From Pseudothioglobus sp. nBUS_23 (lineage in GTDB: Bacteria; Pseudomonadota; Gammaproteobacteria; PS1; Pseudothioglobaceae), in assembly GCF_051201565.1 (NCBI RefSeq), contig NZ_CP179200.1:990001-1022000 (forward strand): a DNA stretch of 32,000 nt, written 5' to 3'. The translations under genes were made by a program, and so were the position numbers. Positions 1-9,440 of the stretch are shown piece after piece. The first letter of the stretch is position 1. Each line of letters starts with the position of its first letter. The notes beneath the pieces were generated by a model that had not been told where the DNA came from, made no database searches, and was given only the letters and a program-made list of their open reading frames with translations.

Positions 1-105
1 TGAAATTTTTCTATTCTCTTTTGTGACTCCTGTTATCCAAATTTCCCCATTGGTCTGGTCATTTAACTGCTTTTGGAGGGCAAACATTTGTTCAATTTGA
101 TTCAT
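1..105 (-). CDS. dimeric (all-alpha) dUTPase-like protein; only the N-terminal 35 codons are present because the gene runs off the left edge
   Basis: The reverse strand from ATG (complement of 103-105) reads MNQIEQMFALQKQLNDQTNGEIWITGVTKENRKIS in frame to position 1. This resembles the N-terminus of Campylobacter-type dimeric dUTPases as I remember them (..LKLQQKLNDETNG..W..GYTKE..). It is not in the supplied ORF track because it is truncated. Confidence 0.5.
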   Translation of the reverse strand, partial: MNQIEQMFALQKQLNDQTNGEIWITGVTKENRKIS

Positions 106-166
106 TTGATTATTTTTTTAGAGAAATTCAAAATTATAGAGATAATATAAAAACCAGAAACAGAAC

Positions 167-484
167 TTAATATCTTTCAACAGAGTCATCTATCTCTCTG
201 GACCAGGCATCTATTCCACCTCGAAGGTTAAAAAGAGATTGAAAGCCATTAGATAACAGGAAGTTTGCCACCTGCATCGAGCGCATTCCATGATGACAAT
301 AGATGGAATAACTTGATTCTGGATTTAATTCAGAAAATGTTTCCATAATCGAGCTCATAGGCATATTGACCGCGCCCTCAATTTTGCAGATGTCGAGCTC
401 CCATTTTTCTCTGACATCAATCAGTGTATTGCCATCTTTGGTTAAATTGTCTTGAAATTCTTGAGGATTAAGGTCTTCTAACAT
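167..484 (-). CDS. single-domain rhodanese-like sulfurtransferase
   Basis: 105 aa. It has the rhodanese active-site loop CHHGMRS and a C-terminal GGIDAW motif. The size is typical of single-domain rhodaneses. Confidence 0.8.
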   Translation of the reverse strand: MLEDLNPQEFQDNLTKDGNTLIDVREKWELDICKIEGAVNMPMSSIMETFSELNPESSYSIYCHHGMRSMQVANFLLSNGFQSLFNLRGGIDAWSREIDDSVERY

Positions 485-563
485 CTTCTAAATTCGTTAT
501 TAAAAACTGTATTTTATTATTAACAATTGCTAATGAGTAAGTTTAATGGGTAAAATTTAGTTT

Positions 564-833
564 GTGAGTAAAAGTAATGACGACATCTTCAAATTCCCCT
601 GCGAATACCCAATAAAAGTTTTCGGTTTAAATCAACCCAAAATCGAAGAATCAGTCTGCTCAATCATAGAAAACTATGTGGGGAAACTTCACAAAAATCA
701 AGTTTCAATCAAGAATAGCTCTAAAGGGAAATATATTTCGATAACCATTAGAATTATTGCGACTAGTCGCCAACAATTAGACTCAATAAACGCCGATCTT
801 CAAAAGTCCCCTCTAGTGTCTTACCTTTTATAA
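564..833 (+). CDS. ybeD: YbeD/UPF0250 (DUF493) family protein
   Basis: 89 aa with a GTG start. It has FPCEYPIKVFG and SSKGKYISITI motifs like E. coli YbeD (FPTPFTYKVMG, SSKGNYHSVSI). It sits directly upstream of lipB, as in E. coli. Confidence 0.8.
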   Translation: MSKSNDDIFKFPCEYPIKVFGLNQPKIEESVCSIIENYVGKLHKNQVSIKNSSKGKYISITIRIIATSRQQLDSINADLQKSPLVSYLL

Positions 834-839
834 ATCCTG

Positions 840-1451
840 ATGATGAAAATAAAAGAAAAGGGTCTTCAAGATTACAACTCAACTTGGCAGGAGATGCTCT
901 CTTTCACTGAGAAAAGAAACAATCATACTGAAGATGAGTTATGGACTCTAGAGCATAGGAGCGTTTTCACTCAAGGGCTCAGTGGAAAGCCAGAGCATCT
1001 ACTCAAAGATACTGAGATAGAGGTCATTAAGTCGGACAGAGGTGGTCAAATTACCTATCATGGCCCTGGTCAATTGATAGTTTATTGCTTGATTGATATT
1101 AAAAGACTCGGTATCGGAGTCAAACAAATGGTGAGTATTATTGAGAAGTCCATTATAGATCTATTGAGCGATTACTCAATCTCGTCTCATAAGATTCCTG
1201 GCGCGCCAGGGGTGTATGTGGATGGATCTAAAATTGCCGCACTGGGGCTAAAGATCAAGCGTGGCAAAACCTATCACGGTCTCAGTCTAAATGTCGACAT
1301 GAATCTTTCACCCTATAGCCTTATTAACCCCTGTGGATACAAGGATTTAAAGATAACCCAAATGTCTAATCTCACGGATAATAAACCTGATTTAGATAAA
1401 ATTAAAAAACAATTAACTAAAAATCTCACTAAATATGTCTCAAGAAGTTGA
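840..1451 (+). CDS. lipB: octanoyltransferase LipB
   Basis: 203 aa with [12 protein letters not shown], a conserved Lys in GLKIKRG and NPCGY (active-site Cys). It overlaps lipA by 17 nt. Confidence 0.9.
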   Translation: MMKIKEKGLQDYNSTWQEMLSFTEKRNNHTEDELWTLEHRSVFTQGLSGKPEHLLKDTEIEVIKSDRGGQITYHGPGQLIVYCLIDIKRLGIGVKQMVSIIEKSIIDLLSDYSISSHKIPGAPGVYVDGSKIAALGLKIKRGKTYHGLSLNVDMNLSPYSLINPCGYKDLKITQMSNLTDNKPDLDKIKKQLTKNLTKYVSRS

Positions 1452-2382
1452 AATAAAGGCCCTTAAAGGCGAGTCTAAGGTTAGTCGACTCAAGATTAGG
1501 CCTGATTCAGAGAGAAAACCAATAAAGAAACCCAACTGGATACGAATTAGGCACGCAAATTCAAGCAAGGTCAATGAATTAAAAAAAACACTCAGAAGTC
1601 AAGACCTTTTTACAGTCTGTGAAGAGGCGCAGTGTCCCAACCTGAGCGAGTGCTTTAATCATGGAACTGCAACCTTTATGATTATGGGTCAAATCTGCAC
1701 TCGAAGATGTCCTTTTTGTGACGTAGCTCATGGCCGGCCGAAGCCTTTAGATAAAAATGAACCTGGACACTTGGCAGATACAATTGCAAAAATGGCCCTA
1801 AAGTATGTCGTCATAACTTCTGTTGACAGGGACGATTTGAGAGATGGAGGGGCAAGCCACTTTAAAGACTGCATCGACAACATTAGAAAAAAAACTCCTC
1901 TTGTAAAAATTGAGGTATTGACCCCTGATTTCAGAGGTCGAGTAGATAAAGCACTCAACATTTTTGATGATTGTGCGCCAGATGTTTTTAATCATAATTT
2001 AGAGACTGTTCCGAGCCTTTACCCTAAGGTGAGACCGGGCTCAGATTATGAGCAGTCACTTGATTTGCTCAAAAGCTTCAAAGAGAGGCACCCACATGTC
2101 AAAACTAAATCTGGACTGATGCTTGGGGTTGGTGAGACGAATACTCAGGTCATTAATGTGCTTAAAGATCTTAGAGGACATCAAGTAGATATGCTAACTC
2201 TAGGGCAGTATTTACAGCCCAGTCGACACCACCTTGCAGTTGAAGAATACATCACTCCTGAACAGTTTGAAAAATATAAGATGATTGCGATTGATCTAGG
2301 CTTTTCTCAAGTTGCTAGCGGTCCAATGGTTAGATCTTCTTACCACGCTGATCTTCAAGCTGAGGGTGAGCTAGTAAATTAA
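1435..2382 (+). CDS. lipA: lipoyl synthase LipA (radical SAM)
   Basis: 315 aa. It has the auxiliary-cluster motif [12 protein letters not shown] and the radical-SAM motif CTRRCPFC, plus the C-terminal RSSY motif. Confidence 0.95.
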   Translation: MSQEVEIKALKGESKVSRLKIRPDSERKPIKKPNWIRIRHANSSKVNELKKTLRSQDLFTVCEEAQCPNLSECFNHGTATFMIMGQICTRRCPFCDVAHGRPKPLDKNEPGHLADTIAKMALKYVVITSVDRDDLRDGGASHFKDCIDNIRKKTPLVKIEVLTPDFRGRVDKALNIFDDCAPDVFNHNLETVPSLYPKVRPGSDYEQSLDLLKSFKERHPHVKTKSGLMLGVGETNTQVINVLKDLRGHQVDMLTLGQYLQPSRHHLAVEEYITPEQFEKYKMIAIDLGFSQVASGPMVRSSYHADLQAEGELVN

Positions 2383-2447
2383 ATCAAACTTTTAAAGTAT
2401 CATAGATAAAATATTCTTCAACAAAAATAAAAAGGCAGCCAAACGTT

Positions 2448-2831
2448 ATGATTAAAACTTTCTTTATCGCCCTTCTATTCTTTTTCATTATTGACGTTTT
2501 TTGGATTTATTTTGTAGCAACGCCGATGTACAAGCAGGAGGTTGGCTCACTAATGGAGCTCAAAGTTCCACCAGCCCTTATTTTCTATGTTGTTTTCTTG
2601 CTCGGCCTAATCTTTTTTGTAATTAATCCTAACCAGAGCAATACCCTTTTTAACGTCTTTTTAATTGGTGCTTTTTTTGGTCTAGTGACCTATGGAACCT
2701 ATGATTTAACTGTTTATGCATCTATGAATATTTTTAGCTTAAAGCTGGTCATTGCTGACATTCTTTGGGGCATGTTTCTTTCAGGATCTGTGGCTGCTTT
2801 AACCGTATTCACTATCAATAAAATTAACTAA
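2448..2831 (+). CDS. small integral membrane protein, DUF2177-like
   Basis: 127 aa with about 4 hydrophobic helices and a GTYDLT motif that I associate with DUF2177. The family assignment is from memory only. Confidence 0.6.
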   Translation: MIKTFFIALLFFFIIDVFWIYFVATPMYKQEVGSLMELKVPPALIFYVVFLLGLIFFVINPNQSNTLFNVFLIGAFFGLVTYGTYDLTVYASMNIFSLKLVIADILWGMFLSGSVAALTVFTINKIN

Positions 2832-2841
2832 AAATTACTTT

Positions 2842-3804
2842 ATGTCTATTGCATATACCTCTGGCGAACCGTCTGGAATTGGTCCAGACATTGCTGTCAT
2901 CTATGCACAGAAAGAAAGAACTGAAAATCTGCAAGTTTATTGCGATCCTGATGTCTTAATAAATCGAGCTAAAATTCTAAAATTGCCTCTCACTTTAACT
3001 GAAAACCCAACAAGGAGCTCAGGCGAATTGTCAATCTTTCCTGTAAAAACCTCACATAAAGTAATGCCCGGAAAACTTAATCCAGACAATGCTGAATATG
3101 TACTGTCACTCTTAAAGAAAGCCACTAAACACAGTTTAGAAAATCGCTCAAAAGGTATTCTGACTGGCCCAATTAACAAATCAGTTATTAATGACGCTGG
3201 GATTGAATTTAGTGGCCACACTGAATATTTTGCAGAACTATCAAAAAGCTCTAAAACTGTGATGGTGTTGGCAACTTCAGGCCTCAAGGTTGCTCTTGCA
3301 ACAACTCACCTTGCACTGAAAGACGTCCCTAAAAACATTACCAGAGAATCTCTTATTGAGGTGATTTCAATTATCAATAATGACTTTGAATTTTTTGGCA
3401 CTAAAAAACCAAATATTTTGGTTTGCGGACTTAACCCTCATGCAGGTGAAAATGGATATCTTGGAGATGAGGAAATTACAACAATTGGCCCTGTGATTGA
3501 TTATTTGAATCAAAATGGCTTTAGCCTCATTGGACCAGTTCCTGCTGATACAGCCTTTACCCCTGATTCTTTAGAGAATATCGATGTTGTTCTTGCTATG
3601 TATCACGACCAAGGCCTGCCTGTTCTTAAAGCAAAAGGCTTTAAAAATGCTGCCAATATTACTCTTGGTCTTCCATTTATTCGCACCTCTGTAGATCATG
3701 GGACTGCGCTTGAGCTAGCTGGAACAGGCAAAATTGATTTAGGCAGCTTTTACTGTGCGTTATCTTTTTTTGAAAAAATTAGTAAAAATGGCTCACACGC
3801 CTAG
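2842..3804 (+). CDS. pdxA: 4-hydroxythreonine-4-phosphate dehydrogenase PdxA
   Basis: 320 aa with GEPSGIGPDI at the N-terminus, GLNPHAGE, MYHDQGL and RTSVDHGTA motifs. It is followed by rsmA-apaG-apaH, as in E. coli. Confidence 0.9.
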   Translation: MSIAYTSGEPSGIGPDIAVIYAQKERTENLQVYCDPDVLINRAKILKLPLTLTENPTRSSGELSIFPVKTSHKVMPGKLNPDNAEYVLSLLKKATKHSLENRSKGILTGPINKSVINDAGIEFSGHTEYFAELSKSSKTVMVLATSGLKVALATTHLALKDVPKNITRESLIEVISIINNDFEFFGTKKPNILVCGLNPHAGENGYLGDEEITTIGPVIDYLNQNGFSLIGPVPADTAFTPDSLENIDVVLAMYHDQGLPVLKAKGFKNAANITLGLPFIRTSVDHGTALELAGTGKIDLGSFYCALSFFEKISKNGSHA

Positions 3805-4549
3805 AAAGAGATTTGGTCAGAACTTTCTGATTGATGATCAAGTTATAAATCAAATTATCTCTACTATAGCTCCAAAAAGTGATGATAGTATTGTTGAAAT
3901 AGGCCCAGGAAAAGGCGCCTTGACTTTTCCACTTGCTGAATATCTCAATAATCTTAACGTGATTGAAATCGATCGTGATTTAATTTCAATTCTGAGCTCT
4001 CAAAACAATACAAAAATTACTATTTTTAATGCTGACGCTCTAGAATTTAACTTTAATCACTTTTCAAAAAAAATAAGAATTGTTGGTAACCTGCCTTACA
4101 ATATTTCATCACCTTTGCTATTTCATCTACTGAACTATAGAGAAAATATAATTGACATGACATTTATGCTTCAAAAAGAAGTTGTTGAGCGCATTGTGGC
4201 CCCACCAGGAAACAAGACATATGGAAGGCTTAGTGTTGTAATTCAGGCTTTCTTTGACACCGAACTCATGTTTATTGTGCCAAAAGAGTCTTTCAATCCT
4301 CAGCCTAAAATCGAATCTGCTATACTTTATTTGAAAACAAAAAGCAGGCCTTTAGTGCAAGATCTAAAGCCACTTGAAGAAATAGTTAAATTAGCCTTTT
4401 CTCAAAGAAGAAAAACATTAAAAAATTGTTTAAAATCTGTGCTTGATCAATCACAAACCAATATTGATTTATCGCAGCGAGCCGAGATGCTAAGTCTTGA
4501 TAATTTTGTAACCCTGATGAATGATTATGAAAAACAATATAGAAATTAA
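3788..4549 (+). CDS. rsmA: 16S rRNA (adenine1518/1519-N6)-dimethyltransferase RsmA/KsgA
   Basis: Motifs are PRKRFGQNFL, the SAM site EIGPGKGALT and NLPYNISS. I place the start at the ATG at 3788 (MAHTPRKRFGQNFL), which matches the usual N-terminus. The ORF-track start at 3755 adds 11 non-conserved residues deeper inside pdxA. Confidence 0.9.
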   Translation: MAHTPRKRFGQNFLIDDQVINQIISTIAPKSDDSIVEIGPGKGALTFPLAEYLNNLNVIEIDRDLISILSSQNNTKITIFNADALEFNFNHFSKKIRIVGNLPYNISSPLLFHLLNYRENIIDMTFMLQKEVVERIVAPPGNKTYGRLSVVIQAFFDTELMFIVPKESFNPQPKIESAILYLKTKSRPLVQDLKPLEEIVKLAFSQRRKTLKNCLKSVLDQSQTNIDLSQRAEMLSLDNFVTLMNDYEKQYRN

Positions 4550-4898
4550 TGTCGAGGTCACCTATCTGTCTGATCAATCAGACATAATTAACAAGCAATA
4601 TGCTTATGCCTATACTATTACAATAACCAATCAGGGCGACGTAGGAGCCCAACTAAGAACTAGGCGTTGGCTTATTCAAGATGAGTCTGGCCAAACTGAA
4701 GAGGTTATTGGAGAAGGAGTCATTGGTCAACAGCCTCATCTTTCCCCTGGTGAGAGTTTTCAGTATAGCTCAGGAGCAATCATTAATACTGAAACTGGCA
4801 CTATGAAAGGCTCTTATGGAATGATTAGTGACTTAGGTCACAGATTCGATGCAGATATCCCAGAATTTACTCTGAGTGAGCCTCGAACTCTGCATTGA
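4521..4898 (+). CDS. apaG: ApaG (DUF525) protein
   Basis: 125 aa, the same length as E. coli ApaG. Motifs are YAYTITITNQG, RRWLIQDE, GEGVIGQQP and YSSG. An alternative ATG lies at 4527. It overlaps the rsmA 3' end. Confidence 0.9.
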   Translation: MIMKNNIEINVEVTYLSDQSDIINKQYAYAYTITITNQGDVGAQLRTRRWLIQDESGQTEEVIGEGVIGQQPHLSPGESFQYSSGAIINTETGTMKGSYGMISDLGHRFDADIPEFTLSEPRTLH

Positions 4899-4907
4899 TC
4901 AAACCCG

Positions 4908-5711
4908 ATGGATTATGCAATTGGTGACGTCCAGGGTTGCTTTAAAACTCTAGTAGCTTTACTCACTAAAATTAAGTTTAACCCTGATAAGGATCGCATT
5001 TATTTTCTTGGAGACGTTGTTAATCGAGGAAGTAATTCCCTTGATGTTCTGAGATTAATCTACTCAAATAGAGACAACATGAAAATGGTTTTAGGGAACC
5101 ATGATTTTCATCTTCTTGTTTGCGCTCTAACAGAAAGAAACCCAAACAAAAAAGATACATTTCAAGACATACTATCGGCCCCTGATAAAGTTGTAATGCT
5201 TGACTATCTTCTTCAAAGGCCGCTTGCAATAGATTATAAAAACGCCCTGCTTGTTCATGCTGGTGCTCCACCGAAATGGGGTATGACTGATGTTTTAGAG
5301 AATAGTAAATTAGTTGAAAAGAATCTTCAGTCAGCAGATGCCCCTATTTTTTTATCTAAGATGTATGGAGATAGTCCTTATATTTGGGATGAAGATCACT
5401 CAAATGAAGAAAAATCACGCTACGCTATAAACGCCCTAATGCGTATGCGTTTTTGCAAAGAAAATGGTGAGCTTGAATTTAATCACAAGCTTAATACTGA
5501 CAAAAATCCTAAAGGCTATAGGGCATGGTTTCTTCACTCAAAAAGAGAGATGGAAAATCACAAGATTTTTTTTGGTCACTGGTCCACACTTCAAAATGTA
5601 AAAACGAAAAATATTTATCCTATGGATCATGGCTGCATCTGGGGAGGGAGGCTTTCTGCCTATAATTTAACCAAAAATGAAATTATCTCTCAGCAATCCT
5701 TAGAATCCTAA
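4908..5711 (+). CDS. apaH: bis(5'-nucleosyl)-tetraphosphatase (symmetrical) ApaH
   Basis: 267 aa with metallophosphatase motifs GDVQGC, GDVVNRG, GNHD, VHAG and FGHW, and a RMRFC motif as in ApaH. Confidence 0.9.
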   Translation: MDYAIGDVQGCFKTLVALLTKIKFNPDKDRIYFLGDVVNRGSNSLDVLRLIYSNRDNMKMVLGNHDFHLLVCALTERNPNKKDTFQDILSAPDKVVMLDYLLQRPLAIDYKNALLVHAGAPPKWGMTDVLENSKLVEKNLQSADAPIFLSKMYGDSPYIWDEDHSNEEKSRYAINALMRMRFCKENGELEFNHKLNTDKNPKGYRAWFLHSKREMENHKIFFGHWSTLQNVKTKNIYPMDHGCIWGGRLSAYNLTKNEIISQQSLES

Positions 5712-6526
5712 GAAGAGCCGCTCCTTAGATTTACAGAGCCCTCATAAACAAATTCACCAGGACCTGTCAAAAAAACCCTATCTCCATCAAATTCAACGAC
5801 TGCATCACCGCCATTTAGATGGACAATTACCTTAGAATCAAGATGCCCTCGCTTGATACCATAAATTACTGCAGCGCATGCTCCAGAGCCACATGCAAGC
5901 GTTTCACCAACTCCTCTTTCAACCACTCTTAACTTGATTTCTTCTCTATTTATTATCTGCATAAAGCCAACATTCACTCCTTCTGGAAAAGCGTCACTGG
6001 ACTGAATCTTTGAGGCAGCTTGCTCAATATCTTTGATTTCATCCTGAATTACGACAGCGTGTGGATTTCCAATCGACAAAGAGCCGACTTTAAGTTCTTC
6101 AACCAAATACTCTGATGACTCATTTTCAAAGTTTAACGGTATTTTTGAAGGTTCAAAGTTTGGAATCCCCATGTTAACAGTCACTGAGTCATCAGTATTA
6201 ATATTTAGATTCAATACGCCAGCATTTGTTTCAACGGTCAAGGTGTTCTTGTATGAAAGATTTTTCTTTTGAATATAGAGCGCAAAGCATCTTGCTCCAT
6301 TACCGCATTGACTCACTTCTGAACCATCAGCATTAAATATTACGTAGCGGAAATCAGCCTCTTTAGAGATTGCGCTTTCAACCATCAATAATTGATCAAA
6401 GCCAATACCAAAGCGACGGTCTGAAAGTTTACGAATTTCATCAATAGATAAAGAAATGTCTCCATCTATGTTATTCATAACAACAAAGTCATTACCTAGT
6501 CCATGCATTTTTGTAAAATTAATCAT
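5708..6526 (-). CDS. dapF: diaminopimelate epimerase DapF
   Basis: 272 aa with MHGLGNDF at the N-terminus and the two catalytic Cys motifs SQCGNGARC and LACGSGACA. Confidence 0.92.
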   Translation of the reverse strand: MINFTKMHGLGNDFVVMNNIDGDISLSIDEIRKLSDRRFGIGFDQLLMVESAISKEADFRYVIFNADGSEVSQCGNGARCFALYIQKKNLSYKNTLTVETNAGVLNLNINTDDSVTVNMGIPNFEPSKIPLNFENESSEYLVEELKVGSLSIGNPHAVVIQDEIKDIEQAASKIQSSDAFPEGVNVGFMQIINREEIKLRVVERGVGETLACGSGACAAVIYGIKRGHLDSKVIVHLNGGDAVVEFDGDRVFLTGPGEFVYEGSVNLRSGSS

Positions 6527-6609
6527 TAGAACATTTTAACCTTTAGTGTATGGCTTTATCTAATTACTGATATGTTAAAATTCATCAAACCAATAAATCT
6601 GAACTCTAA

Positions 6610-6978
6610 ATGACACCTCCAACAAATATAACATTAAGCAAAGATAAAAAACTACTCACAGTATCATTTGAAAAAAATGATTTTACTCTTAGCAGTGAAT
6701 ACTTGAGAGTTTATTCACCATCAGCAGAAGTTAGAGGACATGGTCCTGGCCAGGAAACTCTTCAATTAAATAAACAAGACGTTACTATCAGTTCTCTTGT
6801 GCCAATGGGAAACTATGCGGTAGCAATTCATTTTAGTGATGGTCACACTACTGGTATTTATTCTTGGAGTTATCTTCATCACCTAGGTAAAGACAAAGAA
6901 GAGCTTTGGAAAGATTACTGTGACCGCGTAGAAAAAAACAATGTAAACAAGCAAAACTTCCATGAAGTTTCGATTTAA
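6610..6978 (+). CDS. DUF971 (gamma-butyrobetaine hydroxylase N-terminal-like) domain protein
   Basis: 122 aa with YLRVYSPSAEVRGHG and FSDGHTTGIYSWSYLHHLG. These match the gammaproteobacterial DUF971 group as I recall it (LRVHSPSAEVQGHG ... DGH.SG.F.W.YL). Confidence 0.7.
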   Translation: MTPPTNITLSKDKKLLTVSFEKNDFTLSSEYLRVYSPSAEVRGHGPGQETLQLNKQDVTISSLVPMGNYAVAIHFSDGHTTGIYSWSYLHHLGKDKEELWKDYCDRVEKNNVNKQNFHEVSI

Positions 6979-7117
6979 ATTTATTATCGAAAGAGTATTA
7001 TTTATTGTTAGTTCAACAACTAATGAATTTATTTTGTTAAAATGCACATAAACTTCTTCAGTTAATTGTATTTATGGTTTTTTTGGATTAAAAAAATTAG
7101 CTACTATAGGTGAAAAA

Positions 7118-9433
7118 ATGAAAAATATATTAAGACTTCTATTTACCCTTCTTTTCTTCTTTTTTACTTCACAGTCCTTCTCAAACCCAATTAGCAAAAT
7201 TAATTTTATTGGACTAAATAATGCACCTGAAGAATCTCTTTTGCAATTAATTCCTTTTAAAGCTGGCCAAGAATATACGAGTGATTTAAGCGATGGCATT
7301 ATAGAGTCGCTCTTTGAAACTGGGCTTTTTTCTGACATAACTATCTCTAATAATGAAAATAGCTTAAATATAACTCTAAAAGAAAATCCAATAATTAAGT
7401 ACTTTGATATTAGTCTAGACTCAGGCTCAGGCTTTACAAATTGGCTTAAAGGCGAAAAAATGCTAATGACTAAAGACCTCCTTGACGAAGAACTTATCAG
7501 CAATATGCTTTCTGCTGGAAATCCATATACTCAAAGAAAGCTTGATAATTTTATTCTTATGCTTGAATCAAAGTATGCAGAATCTGGCTATTACAATGCG
7601 AAAATCAGCCCTAATGTTGTTGTTGACCCACAAAACCGTGCTGGAATAGATCTCTCTATCCAACAAGGTGATAGAGTTAAAATTGAGAGTTTTAAAATCT
7701 CAGGTGCTGAGAAACTTTCTGAGGCATCATTATTAAAATTATTCAAAATTGGTGAAGCTGACATGTTCATAATGAATTACTTCACAAATAAAGATTTATT
7801 TACCGAGACCGAATTCAAGCAAGGAATAGACTTAATGACTAATGCCTATTTTGATTCGGGCTACTTGGACTTTCAAATTCTCAATATAGACTCCAAACTA
7901 AATGATAATAAAGAAAAAATTTCAATTGATATTAATATTTCTGAAGGCATACAGTATCAATTAGGAAAAATCACTTTTGAAGGTGAGACAGAAGTTATTG
8001 GTATTGAAGTTTTAGAAAATGCCATCAGTATGAATGAGGGAGATGTTTTTAATCGTAATTTAGTCATTAAAGATATTCAAATATTAACTGATATGTTTGC
8101 TGACAAAGGTTATGCTTTTGTGAACATTAACCCTATTACCTCTGAGTTTTTAAATTCTGTAAATATTAATTTTGATATTTCATTAAATAAAAAGGTTTAT
8201 ATAAACCGTATTTCTATTTCAGGCAATACTCGCACTCAAGATGAGGTAGTTAGAAGAGAAATTGGCATATCTGAAGGTGGTTTGTACTCAAGGAGTATTC
8301 TCAGAAATTCATTAAATAAATTAAGAAGGCTTGGCTATTTCTCTGATGTACAGATTGCCACATCTGAGGTTAAAGGCATGCCTGATAAAATTGATATAAG
8401 TTTTGAAGTTGAAGAAACTCAAACTGGCTCAGTTAGTTTTTCAGTTTCGCATAGCAACAATTATGGTATTTCTTTTGGTGCAGGCATTGAAGAGAAAAAT
8501 ATTTTTGGCTCAGGAAATACTCTAAACGCTAACCTAAATGTTTCTGAATCCTACAACAGGGTTAGTTTTTACTTTATGAATCCTAATTATAATGATCAGG
8601 GCCACAGTGTTAGCGTAGGGGCTTTTAAAAGTGAAATCAATGATGATGATATAGCTACGGATTCATACGAAATTGATACAACTGGATTTTCTTTAGGCTA
8701 TGGAATTCCGCTAAGTAATGATTCAAGAATCAATACTGAATTTGAATACTCTAATAATGAAATCAAATGCAGCACACTTTTCTCTGGCTCTGGATATGAA
8801 TCTAGTCAGTGTTCCAACAAGGAAAGAGATGAATTTAAGGTTAACACTAATTGGAGTAGAAATACACTAAATGATTACCTTTATCCAACTAATGGTGTAA
8901 ACAACTCATTATCAGCAAGCGTTTCCATTCCACCTGGAGATTACAAATACTTCAATGTGAATGCTGATCATAAGAGCTATAGACCTTTAAATGATACTGT
9001 CACTTTAAAGTTTACAGGTAATATTAATTTATCTAAAGGTTATAGTGACGAAGAATTGCCATTTCACAAAAGGCATTTCGGAGGAGGTAGTGGCTCTGTC
9101 AGAGGCTTTGGTAACAAAACATTGGGCCCTCTGTACCCCAATGGTAAAGCTAAAGGTGGTGAAATTTCAATACTTGGCAGTGCCAACTTAATTACGCCAG
9201 CGTTCTTTTTTGACAATAATGAAAAAATGAGAATGAGTGCTTTTATTGATGCAGGTAATATTTTTGAAAAAAGCTCAAATATTAAGCTTGATGATTTAAG
9301 AATGTCTACTGGTCTTGGATTTGCTTATTTAAGCCCAATTGGTTCTATTGGAGCATTTATTTCTACACCAATTCTTAAAAAAGATGGTGACATTATTGAA
9401 GACTTTGGTTTCTCATTAGGAACTGGCTTCTAA
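7118..9433 (+). CDS. bamA: outer membrane protein assembly factor BamA
   Basis: 771 aa. It has an N-terminal signal peptide (MKNILRLLFTLLFFFFTSQSFS), POTRA-like repeats (GNTRTQDEVVRRE) and a C-terminal beta-barrel ending in F. It is followed by skp-lpxD-fabZ-lpxA. Confidence 0.93.
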   Translation: MKNILRLLFTLLFFFFTSQSFSNPISKINFIGLNNAPEESLLQLIPFKAGQEYTSDLSDGIIESLFETGLFSDITISNNENSLNITLKENPIIKYFDISLDSGSGFTNWLKGEKMLMTKDLLDEELISNMLSAGNPYTQRKLDNFILMLESKYAESGYYNAKISPNVVVDPQNRAGIDLSIQQGDRVKIESFKISGAEKLSEASLLKLFKIGEADMFIMNYFTNKDLFTETEFKQGIDLMTNAYFDSGYLDFQILNIDSKLNDNKEKISIDINISEGIQYQLGKITFEGETEVIGIEVLENAISMNEGDVFNRNLVIKDIQILTDMFADKGYAFVNINPITSEFLNSVNINFDISLNKKVYINRISISGNTRTQDEVVRREIGISEGGLYSRSILRNSLNKLRRLGYFSDVQIATSEVKGMPDKIDISFEVEETQTGSVSFSVSHSNNYGISFGAGIEEKNIFGSGNTLNANLNVSESYNRVSFYFMNPNYNDQGHSVSVGAFKSEINDDDIATDSYEIDTTGFSLGYGIPLSNDSRINTEFEYSNNEIKCSTLFSGSGYESSQCSNKERDEFKVNTNWSRNTLNDYLYPTNGVNNSLSASVSIPPGDYKYFNVNADHKSYRPLNDTVTLKFTGNINLSKGYSDEELPFHKRHFGGGSGSVRGFGNKTLGPLYPNGKAKGGEISILGSANLITPAFFFDNNEKMRMSAFIDAGNIFEKSSNIKLDDLRMSTGLGFAYLSPIGSIGAFISTPILKKDGDIIEDFGFSLGTGF

Positions 9434-9440
9434 TGCCTCT

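Noticed and set aside
527-566. A possible promoter (TTGCTA-18 nt-TAAAAT) would place the transcription start at or next to the ybeD GTG, implying a leaderless mRNA.
   Set aside because: The spacer is suboptimal, the -35 is weak and the AT-rich background makes such matches common. This is too speculative without transcription-start data.
3755-3787. A longer rsmA reading frame starts at 3755 (MRYLFLKKLVK...).
   Set aside because: The conserved RsmA N-terminus begins at the ATG at 3788 (MAHTPRKRFGQNFL). The extension is non-conserved and overlaps further into pdxA.
4923-4940. ApaH has GDVQGC instead of the canonical metallophosphatase motif GDxHG; Gln replaces the metal-binding His and the codon is CAG.
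   Set aside because: From memory, many bona fide ApaH proteins (for example Pseudomonas and Neisseria types) carry GD(I/L)QGC at this position. It looks like a family-typical variant, not an inactivating change or a sequencing error.
6979-7117. I looked for a sigmaE-type promoter (GGAACTT-16-TCAAA) or another envelope-stress signal upstream of bamA.
   Set aside because: There is only a partial AAACTT, with no matching -10 at the right spacing. I cannot support a call.
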